From Thraustochytrium aureum (taxonomy: Eukaryota): 56,296 bases of DNA. The notes beneath the pieces were generated by a model, which was not told the DNA's origin, made no database searches, and saw only the letters and a list, made by a program, of their open reading frames with translations. The stretch lies in the NCBI GenBank assembly GCA_012862495.1, contig BLSG01000235.1, positions 206,152 through 262,447 on the forward strand, in the 5' to 3' direction. Shown piece after piece: positions 9,813-20,702 of the stretch. Made by a program: the position numbers and the translations under genes. Position 1 is the first letter of the stretch, and the number at the start of each line of letters is the position of its first letter.

Positions 9813-12734
9813 ATGGGCGGCGCAGTAAGCAAGCAGACGCTCGATAAAGCCAGCCTCGCCGCCCAAGAAAAGGTGTTCAAAGCGCAAGCGACCCTACGAA
9901 ACGTCCTGGCAGTCCCTCAGACCGAGGAGCGAAGCGACGCAATCCAGGATGAGGACAACGCTGCGCCAGGGCACACCAAGATGCCGCCAGAGCAGGAGGC
10001 CGTCGAGTCCGTAAAGCTCTCCAGGAAAGGGTGCTCTGGGCCACCAAAGTTGCCGTCCTCGTATCGCATCGTGATCAACGACGCCAAGGAGGAGTTGAAG
10101 GCCCCAACGTTGAACGTCCTACTTCAGGAGTGGCGGGATCGTGTCGAGTCTGGCGATTGCGCCAAACAGCAAGGTCTTGAGGAGCAGGAACTTGGCCCAA
10201 CACCCTCGCGATCCATGCCGAGTGCCTCGTGCAAGGCGAGGCACTCGCGATTCGCCATCAGGGCTCGCGGTGCGGCAAGCGACCTGGAGAGCTGTACGGG
10301 CTTGGCCCTGACGTCAACTACGGCCAAAGTAGTGGAGGGATTGGGATTGGCAAATCTCACCCCCGAGCAAAGGCCCTCGCGCCAAGCGAAGCGGTGGCAC
10401 CCGTTCACCGACCTCGATGCCGACGATGTAAAGCGGGTTGTCGAAGCTCTACAAGTGCGAGACAGACTAATCCGAGAAGCCGCAGCAGAAGAAGGCCGCC
10501 CCGCGTCGGAGAGCATGCCTCCGCCCAACGGCGCCGCTTGGGCAGCCGCAGGGCTTGTCCAGAGCGCGGCCAGACAAGTAGCAGCTGCGGCAAAGGAAAG
10601 GGCAGACGCGGAAGCGCAGAGCGGCTGGGGCCTCCCCACCCGCGAGGAAGACAATGACGAGGGCCAAATCGACAACCAAGCCGCCAAGCCCTCCGGGGCT
10701 GCGACAGTAGGCCGCGACTCGAGCTCTGGCGATCCTGCAGCACAACTTGACGGACCTGAAGAGGAAGAAGGGGAGCTAGAGCTTTACGGTTGGCGTGGTA
10801 GGCCGGAGGGCGAGTTCGCCAACGAAGACGAGCGCGCGAGGGCTAGTCTCGACGAAAACGAGCGTAGAATAGAGGCCTTGATCCTCGCGCTTGAAGCCGC
10901 GGCGCGGGAGTGGCGCCGCTTGGCCAGCTTTTCACAGCCGAGCCGAGGCGCAACTGGGCGCGCAGCGCAAAAGCGGCAAGGCTCGGGCTTGCAGAGTAAG
11001 GCTCGACCTCGCAACAGTGACATCGTAGACCCGGCAAGAGCAGAGAAGCGGCAGCGGCAGCCGAGCTACGCCAAGTTTGAATCGCAGGTTGTGCGCCCTC
11101 TCTTGCTGGAGATGGTTCAGTGCGAGAAGATGCACCCTCGGTTCCGTGTTTTGGATCACGTTGCGAGCGTGCGCGTTGAGGCCTTCATGCAAATGTACCT
11201 TGCCCTTCTCAAGGACAGCTTGGAGTCGCAAGAAGGGCTGCGCGAGCCGCGGCGGCGAGAGCTCGTCCTCTTGCAGCTCTGCGCGCTTACTGGAAGCTCG
11301 TGTGGAGACGCGCTCTGCGCTCTGGAGGCAGCTGGATGGGACCAAGCCGCTGCTCTCAACTTGCTCCAAAAGACGCCCATGGGTCGCGCCCAAGAGGAGC
11401 TCGAGCAAAGGACGCAGCGCGCTATTCGCCTAGCAGGCGGGCCAGCTGCGGTGGCCGTGGACGCAGGGCCGCAAACTGACGTCAACCCTGGCGCCACTCT
11501 TGAGCGAGGGCGTCTGAAGCTGGGCACGTTGCCCGGTAGTGGTGGCGGGTTGCAAAGGATTCTGCACGCCGTGCAAACGGACGACGACGTTGCCCTGCAA
11601 CACGCATTGCCGGCGTGCCGCCCCAAAGACCTGATGGTAGCGCTCAACGTCGCCCTTAGCAAGCCGCACGTTGACCACGCGATTGTGGACGGCTTGCTCG
11701 CTCTTGTCGACGCAGATTCGCGCCGCAAAGCACTCCTGCTCGTATCCGCTCGAGGGCAGGACACGGCCCTCGGCATCATCTTGGACCGTCGGCACGCGCT
11801 GTCACTTTCGGAGGGCGATCTTGAGAGTGCTTTCATCTTGGCGTGCAAACGAGGCGTGATGTCGAGCGTTGGGGCCCTGGTCGGCCACTGTTCTCAGCAG
11901 GCCGTGGCGAAGGGCATCCTCGCCGCAGCCGGCGCAGACCGCGTGCACGTTGTGCGAAGGTTAGCCCCGCAAGCCGGCCGGGAGGCGCGCACCCGCGCAT
12001 TTGAAGCCGCGCGCTTGTTTTGCGCGAAAACAAGCGCAGAGCGGCGTCGCTTTCAAATCCCACTGGCTTCAGCGAGCAGGACGCTCCGCGTGTTGGAGAG
12101 TTGGGCAGAGCTTGAGGCCTTTCGCGATGACCAGTTTCCCACCTCACGCCGTACCTTGGCTTCATCAGACGTGGTTTCGATCGATGGCTCTGCGGCTGCA
12201 GGTGGCTGGGGCACTGGGCCAGAGAGGTTTGCGGATGTGGAGTTGCTCTTGAACACCCTCAAGACCGTGCACAAGATTACTTTTGAGGGCAAGGCACTAT
12301 TCGACCTGTGCGCGGGGGAGGGGAGAGCTGTGCTTGCTGCCTGTTTGTCGCAACGGTTCGCACGTGCCGTTGGGTTCGAGTTGGATCTCGCAAAATGCGC
12401 CTTCGCCCGCAAAGTGGCCGCAAAGTACCTCATGGAGCTCGACCAGGTGCTCGAGGTAGGCTTTGAATCGGACGCAGAGGACGAACACCAACAGGCGAAG
12501 GATTCGGATCCATGGCCTGCGCTGCAAGTCAGCTTTTTGGAGTGCGACTTGACGGCGCGCCCGCAGCTCTGGACAGAAAACGCCGATCTGGTCCTTGCGA
12601 GTAGCGGGGCTTGGCCGAGTCGGGACCACCTCAAGGCGCTTCGTCCTGGTTGCGTGGTGGCCTACTTTTTGCCGCGGCAGAGTGGCGTCCGAGCTCCGCC
12701 CAAGGCCATTTTGGAAAGCCTTGGGGGCGGTTGA
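9813..12734 (+). CDS. Multidomain protein: myristoylation-type N-terminus, UBA-like motif, ankyrin-like repeats, C-terminal class I SAM methyltransferase (DOT1-like)
   Basis: MGGAVSK start; LCALTGSSCGDALCALEAAGWDQAAALNLL (UBA-like); ALLLVSARGQDTALGIIL and AFILACKRGVMSSVGALV (ankyrin-like); LFDLCAGEGRAVLAA...FARAVGFEL (SAM motifs I and II). Confidence 0.75.
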   Translation: MGGAVSKQTLDKASLAAQEKVFKAQATLRNVLAVPQTEERSDAIQDEDNAAPGHTKMPPEQEAVESVKLSRKGCSGPPKLPSSYRIVINDAKEELKAPTLNVLLQEWRDRVESGDCAKQQGLEEQELGPTPSRSMPSASCKARHSRFAIRARGAASDLESCTGLALTSTTAKVVEGLGLANLTPEQRPSRQAKRWHPFTDLDADDVKRVVEALQVRDRLIREAAAEEGRPASESMPPPNGAAWAAAGLVQSAARQVAAAAKERADAEAQSGWGLPTREEDNDEGQIDNQAAKPSGAATVGRDSSSGDPAAQLDGPEEEEGELELYGWRGRPEGEFANEDERARASLDENERRIEALILALEAAAREWRRLASFSQPSRGATGRAAQKRQGSGLQSKARPRNSDIVDPARAEKRQRQPSYAKFESQVVRPLLLEMVQCEKMHPRFRVLDHVASVRVEAFMQMYLALLKDSLESQEGLREPRRRELVLLQLCALTGSSCGDALCALEAAGWDQAAALNLLQKTPMGRAQEELEQRTQRAIRLAGGPAAVAVDAGPQTDVNPGATLERGRLKLGTLPGSGGGLQRILHAVQTDDDVALQHALPACRPKDLMVALNVALSKPHVDHAIVDGLLALVDADSRRKALLLVSARGQDTALGIILDRRHALSLSEGDLESAFILACKRGVMSSVGALVGHCSQQAVAKGILAAAGADRVHVVRRLAPQAGREARTRAFEAARLFCAKTSAERRRFQIPLASASRTLRVLESWAELEAFRDDQFPTSRRTLASSDVVSIDGSAAAGGWGTGPERFADVELLLNTLKTVHKITFEGKALFDLCAGEGRAVLAACLSQRFARAVGFELDLAKCAFARKVAAKYLMELDQVLEVGFESDAEDEHQQAKDSDPWPALQVSFLECDLTARPQLWTENADLVLASSGAWPSRDHLKALRPGCVVAYFLPRQSGVRAPPKAILESLGGG

Positions 12735-13081
12735 AGACCCGCGAGGCAAGCCCAAAGCGCCGCTTTGGCGAGTTTATAGGCGGCTCAACCTGGAGGAGCA
12801 GAGGCAGCCCCAGTAGGATGACGTCCGAGCGGATGGAAAGCCTCTCTTGATCAAAACCCAACCAAATGGAGTACGTCAAAACACCACTGGACCAGAAAAG
12901 GCCCCAAGTCGAGCTCCGCGCGCGGGTGCGCTCGCCAATGACTGTGTAGAAGTGTAAATAGGATGATTCTGGAGGCAATCTAACGAACGCTGAGCTTGCC
13001 GTGGCGCGATTCTGACTCCCCATTCCGCAATCCTCGCTCGCGCGCCTCTCTCGCTACTCTAGCTCTAGAGTAGAGAGAGCT

Positions 13082-15588
13082 CTAGCTAGAGCGAGAGCCA
13101 GGGCCAGAGCCATCGGCAAGCCCTGAAGGGCTGCAGCGGCGGAAGATCACCACCTGGTACACTTGGACGGCTTCCCATTCAGCAGGCGACATTGGCGCCC
13201 GCCCCTCCGTCTTGGCTCCAATCACCGACATCGAGTGCAGCATTGGCGTATACTCGGCAATCTTTGAGCCCACGAAAGACGACAAGTTCTCCGCGTGAGC
13301 AAGCTCAAAGCCGTGTCGAGACGCAACGCGCTCAACCTGGGCCAGCGGTACGACAAATTCTTTGCAGTCCTGCACGGCATCCCCTAGCGAAAACGAGTAG
13401 GCAGTGCCGAACTCGAAAGCTTCGCTGGAGGGAGGGAGCGGAGCCTCAAACTCTACGCGGCACACCGGATTCTCGAACTTGGGCCCGCGACTCCAGAGAA
13501 CGCCAGCGTCAGTGGTGGTGAGGAGGATTAAGGGTTCGTACGGGTCAGAGCCATCCGAACACAGGGGCTTGAGGGCCGCGTCGCATATGCGGAAGAACGC
13601 CTCGCAGCGCGCTTGGTCGTCGCAGAGGTAGTGGAAAGCAAACTGGACGCTGACAATATCAAACTGAACGCCCCGCACAGCAGTGTGCTCGAGGACAGCC
13701 TCGTCCGCCATATCGAGCTCGACAAAGTGGTGCGAGGGCTTGGCGCCGGCGCGCGATCGGGCCTCGTCGAGCGCCACTGCCGCGATATCGACCCCGACGA
13801 ATCTCTCAATCGAGGCGCAGCTGTTGGCCCACTTGTTGAGGTCCCCCCCTCGCCCGCAGGCAAGGTCAAGAATTCGAGTGCGGCCCATGCGGCGCGGCTG
13901 GTTTCGAGCGGCTTTCCAGTTCGGGCGCCCATGACGCCCAACGAGCTCGGCAGGGATCTTGAGCGGGGCACTGGGCAGCGCAACGCGTCCGTTAAAGGCG
14001 AGTTTACCGACGCAGCATTCGTGCACGAGCACAGCCTTGGCCCAGTTGTTGAGTTTGCGCAGGTTTTCGATCCGGCCGTCGAGCGTATTGCGCGTCCTGT
14101 TGCGTTCCTGCTGGCGCTCGTTATAGTGATGGGCAACAGCGGCGACTGCGCCTTGGGCCGCCGAGCTCGGCGGGGAAGAGCTGGGTTGAAACGGGACCGC
14201 CGACGCTCGGAGGGCTTGGTTTGGACCGTTTGGGTCGNNNNNNNNNNNNNNNNNNNNNNNNNNNNNNNNNNNNNNNNNNNNNNNNNNNNNNNNNNNNNNN
14301 NNNNNNNNNNNNNNNNNNNNNNNNNNNNNNNNNNNNNNNNNNNNNNNNNNNNNNNNNNNNNNNNNNNNNNNNNNNNNNNNNNNNNNNNNNNNNNNNNNNN
14401 NNNNNNNNNNNNCGACCGACTCGAGAACACTCCACCCCGCGCCGAGCCCATTCGGCTTGGTCTTGTCAGCGCGGTGGCGGATTGCGCGCCAGTGGCCAGC
14501 GCCTGCGTCAAAGGCGCATTCGAGGATGGCGTCTGCCTTGCTGGTCTCCTTGAGCGCGGCGCGTAGGCCAGAGGGCACGGCGGCCTTGCCGACTTGAACA
14601 TCGACTAGGCGCTGCCTCGAGTCGCGCACGTACTCGACAAGGTAGAGCGGGACGAGAGCGCTCGCTGGGCCGTGCAAGTCCCGGGAGAAGACGCGAAAGT
14701 CGACGGTGAGCTCGTGGAGGGGCTTGAACTTGACCACCGTGTATTCATAGTAGGAGGGTGAAAGCAGGGGTGAAGACGAGGCCATCGCAATCGACTTGGC
14801 CGACCACCGCGTAGGTGTAGCGCGCCACTGCCTCCCGAAGCTCCGCGACCCGCTCAACGCCAAGGAAGGCCTTCGATATCAGGTTGTAGCTGCCGAGTGC
14901 GACGACCGGAGCGTGGCGGTCGGCCCCGGCCGCATCCCCAAGCGGGGAGCCTGCCGAGAGCGCGACCTGGTGCCACCGCGCCATGCGCTTCTGCAAGTCA
15001 GGAATGGCCCCAACGTCCTCGCCGTCAACCCAGACCGCGTCGAACACGAGATAAGCTGTGGCGTTGCCATCGCGACTTTTCACGAGCTCGCCGTCAAGAA
15101 GGGTCCAGCCGCGCGCGGGGAAAAGGCCTCGACCGACCCGCGTGAAGCGCCACGAGCGGTCCACCAAGTAGCACTCTCCTCCGTCAGGAAACGCAAACAG
15201 CATATGGCGGACGCCGTTTGACTTTTCGCACACGACCCACCGCGCAGGGTCCTCAGCGATCTCTGCGAGCTTGGCTCGCCGAAACGGCTCGGCTCGCGGC
15301 CCTGGGATGTCGCGATGCCGCATGAAGAAGGCGACGTCGCGCTCCGGCGACCCGGTCTTCATAACCTCGCTCGACGTGAAGAGCGTCGCGAGGCGGTCCC
15401 GCAGAAGGGCGCCCTGCACAGTGTCTCGCGCGGCTGCGCGCTCCGGGGTGTCCGGCGCGGAGCAAGCGAACCGCCTCAAGCCCTGCGTAAGTTCGCCGTT
15501 AGGAGCCAGAACCTCGTCTGGTCCATGGCGCGCGTTGTTGGAGAACTCGGGCACGAGGATGCAGCAGGCTGTCGGGTTGCGCTCAAAC
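13082..15588 (-). CDS. mRNA capping guanylyltransferase plus cap guanine-N7 methyltransferase, probable fusion; start hidden in gap, one frameshift near 14762, internal gap 14238-14412
   Basis: GTase motifs: I VCEKSNG, III LLDGELV, IIIa YLVFDAV, IV DGLVFTP, V KFKP, VI RHRADKTKPN. RNMT/Abd1-type motifs: VAHHYN, LRKLNNWAK, ILDLACGRGGDLNKW, GVDIA, FDIVSVQFAFHY, YSFSLGDAVQDCKEFVV. Confidence 0.88.
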
Positions 15589-17474
15589 NNNNNNNNNNNN
15601 NNNNNNNNNNNNNNNNNNNNNNNNNNNNNNNNNNNNNNNNNNNNNNNNNNNNNNNNNNNNNNNNNNNNNNNNNNNNNNNNNNNNNNNNNNNNNNNNNNNN
15701 NNNNNNNNNNNNNNNNNNNNNNNNNNNNNNNNNNNNNNNNNNNNNNNNNNNNNNNNNNNNNNNNNNNNNNNNNNNNNNNNNNNNNNNNNNNNNNNNNNNN
15801 NNNNNNNNNNNNNNNNNNNNNNNNNNNNNNNNNNNNNNNNNNNNNNNNNNNNNNNNNNNNNNNNNNNNNNNNNNNNNNNNNNNNNNNNNNNNNNNNNNNN
15901 NNNNNNNNNNNNNNNNNNNNNNNNNNNNNNNNNNNNNNNNNNNNNNNNNNNNNNNNNNNNNNNNNNNNNNNNNNNNNNNNNNNNNNNNNNNNNNNNNNNN
16001 NNNNNNNNNNNNNNNNNNNNNNNNNNNNNNNNNNNNNNNNNNNNNNNNNNNNNNNNNNNNNNNNNNNNNNNNNNNNNNNNNNNNNNNNNNNNNNNNNNNN
16101 NNNNNNNNNNNNNNNNNNNNNNNNNNNNNNNNNNNNNNNNNNNNNNNNNNNNNNNNNNNNNNNNNNNNNNNNNNNNNNNNNNNNNNNNNNNNNNNNNNNN
16201 NNNNNNNTTTGGGGGCCGCTGTGCGTGCCTTGCGGCCCTTGCGGCTCGCTCGTCCTTCGCCGCCACTCCATCCCGCAGCCTCGACCAGCCCCACCAGCGC
16301 AAGCGAGCCCCAGCGCAAGCAAGCCCCAGCAGCACAGCCCGCGCGCGGCGTTTACGCAGGCAGGCGCGCCTCGACGTCCGAGCGCGAGGAGGGCGACGCG
16401 CGTTCACCGCGGAGCGAAGTCTGTCCACGTGCGCGGAGAGAGCACTCACTCGGCGCACTCGAGGCAGGCAGGCGGCCGCCAGACCAGACACGCCCGCCCG
16501 CGCCCGCCAGCCACGGACTCGGAGAGAGGCGCTGCCGGCGGAGACAAATGTGTTCCTTGCCGACCGCCGCCACGTCGACGTCTGGTCGACCAGGACCCAG
16601 TCTTGCAGCCTGCGCGCGAGCTTGTACGAGTACTAGCGGCGGTGGCCGTCGAAGATGGCAGACGGCGGCGGTCCTCGTTGCAGATGGCGGCGGTCTGGCG
16701 GCGGTCCTCGTTGAAGGTGGCGACCCTCGTTGGGCTTCGACGACGGCGACCGCGAGGGTCCTTGCATCCAGCGGCGGCCCGCGTCTAGCCGCAACATAGA
16801 GGTAAGTACTCGAGTAACTCTGGCGCTAGCTTGGCGCTAGCTCTGCTTTCTTTGAAAGCGATGCTTGCTGGCCGGCCGCCATCTATTCCGTCGTGGTCGA
16901 CGGAGAACGACGCGCTGCGGCGTGCGACTCGGCGAGGGGAGTGGCAGCCGAGTTGGACCAATTGTCCGGTCGTAGTCGTTCTTTGCGAGCCTCATCCATA
17001 CGGCGACGATCACACGCGTTGGGGAAGCGAGCGACTGGACATCGCCGAGGTGCAGAGTACTTACCTACCTGTGCAGGGATCGACAAGCTGAAGCGCGTTT
17101 GATGTCGCGCCAAAACAGAAATGCAAACATGCGAGAAAAATCAACAATCTCGGGGCCTATCTGTAGATTCGGGCGCACAAGCAGGTGCTTCAGCGATTCA
17201 GCGTCACGGATCGGTGACCAAGGCGTTGACCGCGCCACTGGCGTCTGACCTGTCTCCAGCAGCAGCTGCGCAGGTGGCGTCGTTGTTCGTGGGGGCTTTG
17301 AAGTGCTGGCTCCTCGGCGCCGACGCAGCAGTCAACATTCCACTTCGCGTCTCGAGCGACCGCCATGTTTGGAGCAACTGTCGCGTCGCAAGCGCTTGCT
17401 CAGTTTCGACCTCTTGTCATGCTGTGACCTGCCCGAGTCTGGCGGTCAGAGCTCGGTTGCTGTACATTTGGTGC

Positions 17475-19151
17475 TCAAGCAGCCACGTTGGCGGACAAAG
17501 CCGACGAGGCCTGCGCAGCGCTGTTCGGACTCGATGCCTCAAACATAGATGTCTCGAGTTGCGAAACATCCCCGTTGGTCTCAAAGTACGACTTGTCCTG
17601 GTGCCGAGGCCCGCCCTCTCTGAGCGAAGGAGAAGAAGACGGATGCGTCGTCGGGCTCGTGGTTGAGGAGCGTGAGCGCGGACCGCGAAGGCCCATGATT
17701 ATGCTGACACTGCTGATCGCGCCGATAGTATACAGGAGGGCGTAAAAGGCAATGAGCGCGTTGGGAGATCGCAGCACAAGCGCCGACGGCAGGAAAATGA
17801 TGAGTACGAAAACCCCACAGAAACTTGCCAAGGCATAAACGCGCAGCCACATCGCCATGTGCAGGACAAACGCGTGAATGCCGTGCGCGGCTGCGTCGCT
17901 TTGGCTGTGCTCCATCGTCGTCATGTGCGAGTTGAGCATGTTGAGCAGACTTTGCACCGAGTGCAAGAAGACGACGGCGACAACTGCGGCGAGCACCGCA
18001 TACATCCAGCTTGAAAACTCGCCAGCACCTGCGAGGTAAGCTGCAGCGTAGGAGGAGACGACAAGGTCCGGCGTTGCAAAAACGAGAAACACGATCGCGA
18101 TGTGGGCGCGCTTGGTGACGAAGATGTTGTTGATCGCGCGGAGCTGTGTCATCGCCTTGTACATTTCGAGCCAAAAGAGGGCGACAATAACTGTGATCGC
18201 AAACTGGATGCCGCCGAGCCCGCTTGAGAAGAAGGCCTTCAATGGGTAGCTGGCGATTCTGTCCCCAAGAATGAACGAGTGGCTGAACGTGCTGCTGAGC
18301 CCTAAGACCTTGCAAAGTCCGATGAAAAGCACAAAGCCCGATTGGAGACCGAGCACCATTTGCTGACCCGTGAGTGCGTTGCGTCGCGCCGTGCGCTTTC
18401 GCGTGGAGCCGCGTTTCCCGTTCGGAGTCGAGGCAGCGGCGCTCACCGCGTCGCGGTTTTGCTTTGCTGCCGTACGGCAATTGCCGCAGTGCAACCGTTG
18501 AGCGATGGCCCGCACTCCGAGCAGCCCGTACGCGCCAATGCCCATGCCGATGACCCCCGAGACGAGGCCCATGACGCTGAGCGCCATGAGGTATGGCTCC
18601 ATCGGATTCGGGTCGTCGCAGCCCATGGAGACGACGAGCCCTGCTGCGAGGAGGGGATAGAGGCTCTCAGCAGCGCTGGCGAGACTGACGGCGAGAAAAG
18701 GGATTGAATCGTAGATGGCTGGGTCGTGTCTCCTGGCCCCGTGAAAGTACTCCGCACTGCTCGGCATCGAGTTGAGAGAGGTTGTAATGACGCCGACCGC
18801 CCCGGCAGCGACCAGTTTCTCAAACATCTCTTCGCGCGAGCAGCCCGAGGTCCCGATCACGAGAGTTGTTTCGTCAGAGATCTCGATCCCGTCGAGCGGG
18901 TAGACCATGTCGGGTATCATTACTACAAACCCTGTGTAGTTGTTTTGGAACGGCGGGCCGCAGAGTCTGTCGTCGCCGGCCAGAGGCACGACCTGGCCAA
19001 CGACGGGATCGCACGACTGCTTGCCAAAGTACCGACCGTACTTGACAGTGGCGACGGTCCGAGGCAGTGGCGCGAGGACCTCGAGCGCGGCAGCGTCCTG
19101 CGAAAAGAGTGCTGTGAAAGCGACAAAGCCAAGAAGCCCAAAGCGAACCAT
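17475..19151 (-). CDS. Signal peptide, protease-associated (PA)-like ectodomain and seven-transmembrane protein (receptor-like)
   Basis: MVRFGLLGFVAFTALFSQDAAA signal; GCSREEMFEKLVAAGAVGVI and SIPFLAVS resemble PA-domain motifs; seven hydrophobic segments follow, then a Ser/Thr-rich tail. Confidence 0.75.
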   Translation of the reverse strand: MVRFGLLGFVAFTALFSQDAAALEVLAPLPRTVATVKYGRYFGKQSCDPVVGQVVPLAGDDRLCGPPFQNNYTGFVVMIPDMVYPLDGIEISDETTLVIGTSGCSREEMFEKLVAAGAVGVITTSLNSMPSSAEYFHGARRHDPAIYDSIPFLAVSLASAAESLYPLLAAGLVVSMGCDDPNPMEPYLMALSVMGLVSGVIGMGIGAYGLLGVRAIAQRLHCGNCRTAAKQNRDAVSAAASTPNGKRGSTRKRTARRNALTGQQMVLGLQSGFVLFIGLCKVLGLSSTFSHSFILGDRIASYPLKAFFSSGLGGIQFAITVIVALFWLEMYKAMTQLRAINNIFVTKRAHIAIVFLVFATPDLVVSSYAAAYLAGAGEFSSWMYAVLAAVVAVVFLHSVQSLLNMLNSHMTTMEHSQSDAAAHGIHAFVLHMAMWLRVYALASFCGVFVLIIFLPSALVLRSPNALIAFYALLYTIGAISSVSIIMGLRGPRSRSSTTSPTTHPSSSPSLREGGPRHQDKSYFETNGDVSQLETSMFEASSPNSAAQASSALSANVAA

Positions 19152-20262
19152 CTTGGGCGCAAGCCGCGGCGGGCGACAAGGAGGAGCGACGGTGCTGGGA
19201 AACCGAGGAAAACGGGGCACTTTCAACGAAAGCGCTTGGGAATCGCCGCCCGCGCGAGTTCAAGCGAATCGGGGCGGCCTGGTTTGGTGTTTGTTGGCAA
19301 TGGCCCTGCCCAGCGCGCGAATCCGCCTCTCTTGGCCGCAACCCAACCCGTGCGGAACATGCGCAGTCCTGCCAACGCCATTTGTCTCTCCTCGGTTGGA
19401 CGGTTCGTGCCGTCTCCTGCAGGTGGCCGCGCAAGCGAGTTTCTCTGCTCACTCCTAACGCACAGTAAATGGGTCTCGTTCGAGCAGAGCGCGATGCGAT
19501 ACTCGTCATCACGTTAGGCTGTGTCAGCATTCCCATCACCAACCTGGTTGGACGAGTTTGAGGACGCATGACCACCGCTCGAAAACCGTTGAGCGCGCAG
19601 AGTTCCCAAAGCCCAGCGAGAATCGCGCTGGGACAGACGTTCGGCAGCGATCGGGCCCTCGAGGACGGGGCGAAACGCAGCAAAGTGCAAGCAAGCACCA
19701 CAGGAAGCAGCGCCGAGTGGCCAAAGCGCACAGCACAAGCCGACTCTATAGAGAGCTAGTCGAGCAAGACGCTGGCAAGCACCTCGCTCTTTGGCCCCCT
19801 GCTGCAAACGAGTGAAAGGTTTCCGTTTCCGACTCGCCCGGGCGTTCAAGGGCCACTCGAGGCCACTCGAGTATTTGAGGAACCACCGTCTGTCTATCCA
19901 TCCACCTAGTGTCGCAGCATCGCTCGCCTGTCAATCTGCGCGCGCTGCGCCTGTTGGCGCAAGGAAGTCGATCGATCTTGGAAATTGTCGTCCTCCATGG
20001 CAGCCGATAAAGACAGCCACGTCGGTCAATCCGGCCGCCCCAAAAGAGGAGAAAGCCACATCGACGGCGCCGCCGAACAACGCGCTCGACAGCCTAGTCC
20101 AGCCCAGCCACGCCCAGCCCAGCCACGCCACGCCGCGCCAGTCGATGGCCAGGCGGCGGGAGGACGGCAAGGCGCACCACGGCATGTTTTTCCATTACGA
20201 AACCGGTCCTTGGGTAGCTGTGCCCTCCAACAGCTCATCGACCACGCGCAGCCTCGCGAGCG

Positions 20263-20294
<32 letters not shown>
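20263..20294. repeat. (GCAA)n microsatellite
   Basis: Visible tandem run. Confidence 0.9.
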
Positions 20295-20295
<1 letters not shown>

Positions 20296-20702
20296 GACGG
20301 ATGGCGGGATGCAAGGCACGAGCCCGCCGATGCGCCTGTGCAAGAAACGCTTGGGGTACTTACTCTACATGAAGGTGCGAACTCGTGCAATNNNNNNNNN
20401 NNNNNNNNNNNNNNNNNNNNNNNNNNNNNNNNNNNNNNNNNNNNNNNNNNNNNNNNNNNNNNNNNNNNNNNNNNNNNNNNNNNNNNNNNNNNNNNNNNNN
20501 NNNNNNNNNNNNNNNNNNNNNNNNNNNNNNNNNNNNNNNNNNNNNNNNNNNNNNNNNNNNNNNNNNNNNNNNNNNNNNNNNNNNNNNNNNNNNNNNNNNN
20601 NNNNNNNNNNNNNNNNNNNNNNNNNNNNNNNNNNNNNNNNNNNNNNNNNNNNNNNNNNNNNNNNNNNNNNNNNNNNNNNNNNNNNNNNNNNNNNNNNNNN
20701 NT

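Noticed and set aside
15500..15588. Faint likeness of FERNPTACCILVPEF to part of the cap adenosine methyltransferase PCIF1
   Set aside because: Too short, the NPPF catalytic motif is not visible, and it cannot be supported without an HMM search.
13082..15588. Capping enzyme as evidence of an endogenous giant virus
   Set aside because: The neighbours are ordinary eukaryotic genes, composition matches the host, and there are no other viral hallmark genes in the window.
16208..17470. Several short ORFs and a degenerate CAACGAGGACCGCCGCC duplication
   Set aside because: No coherent protein-like frame or motif.
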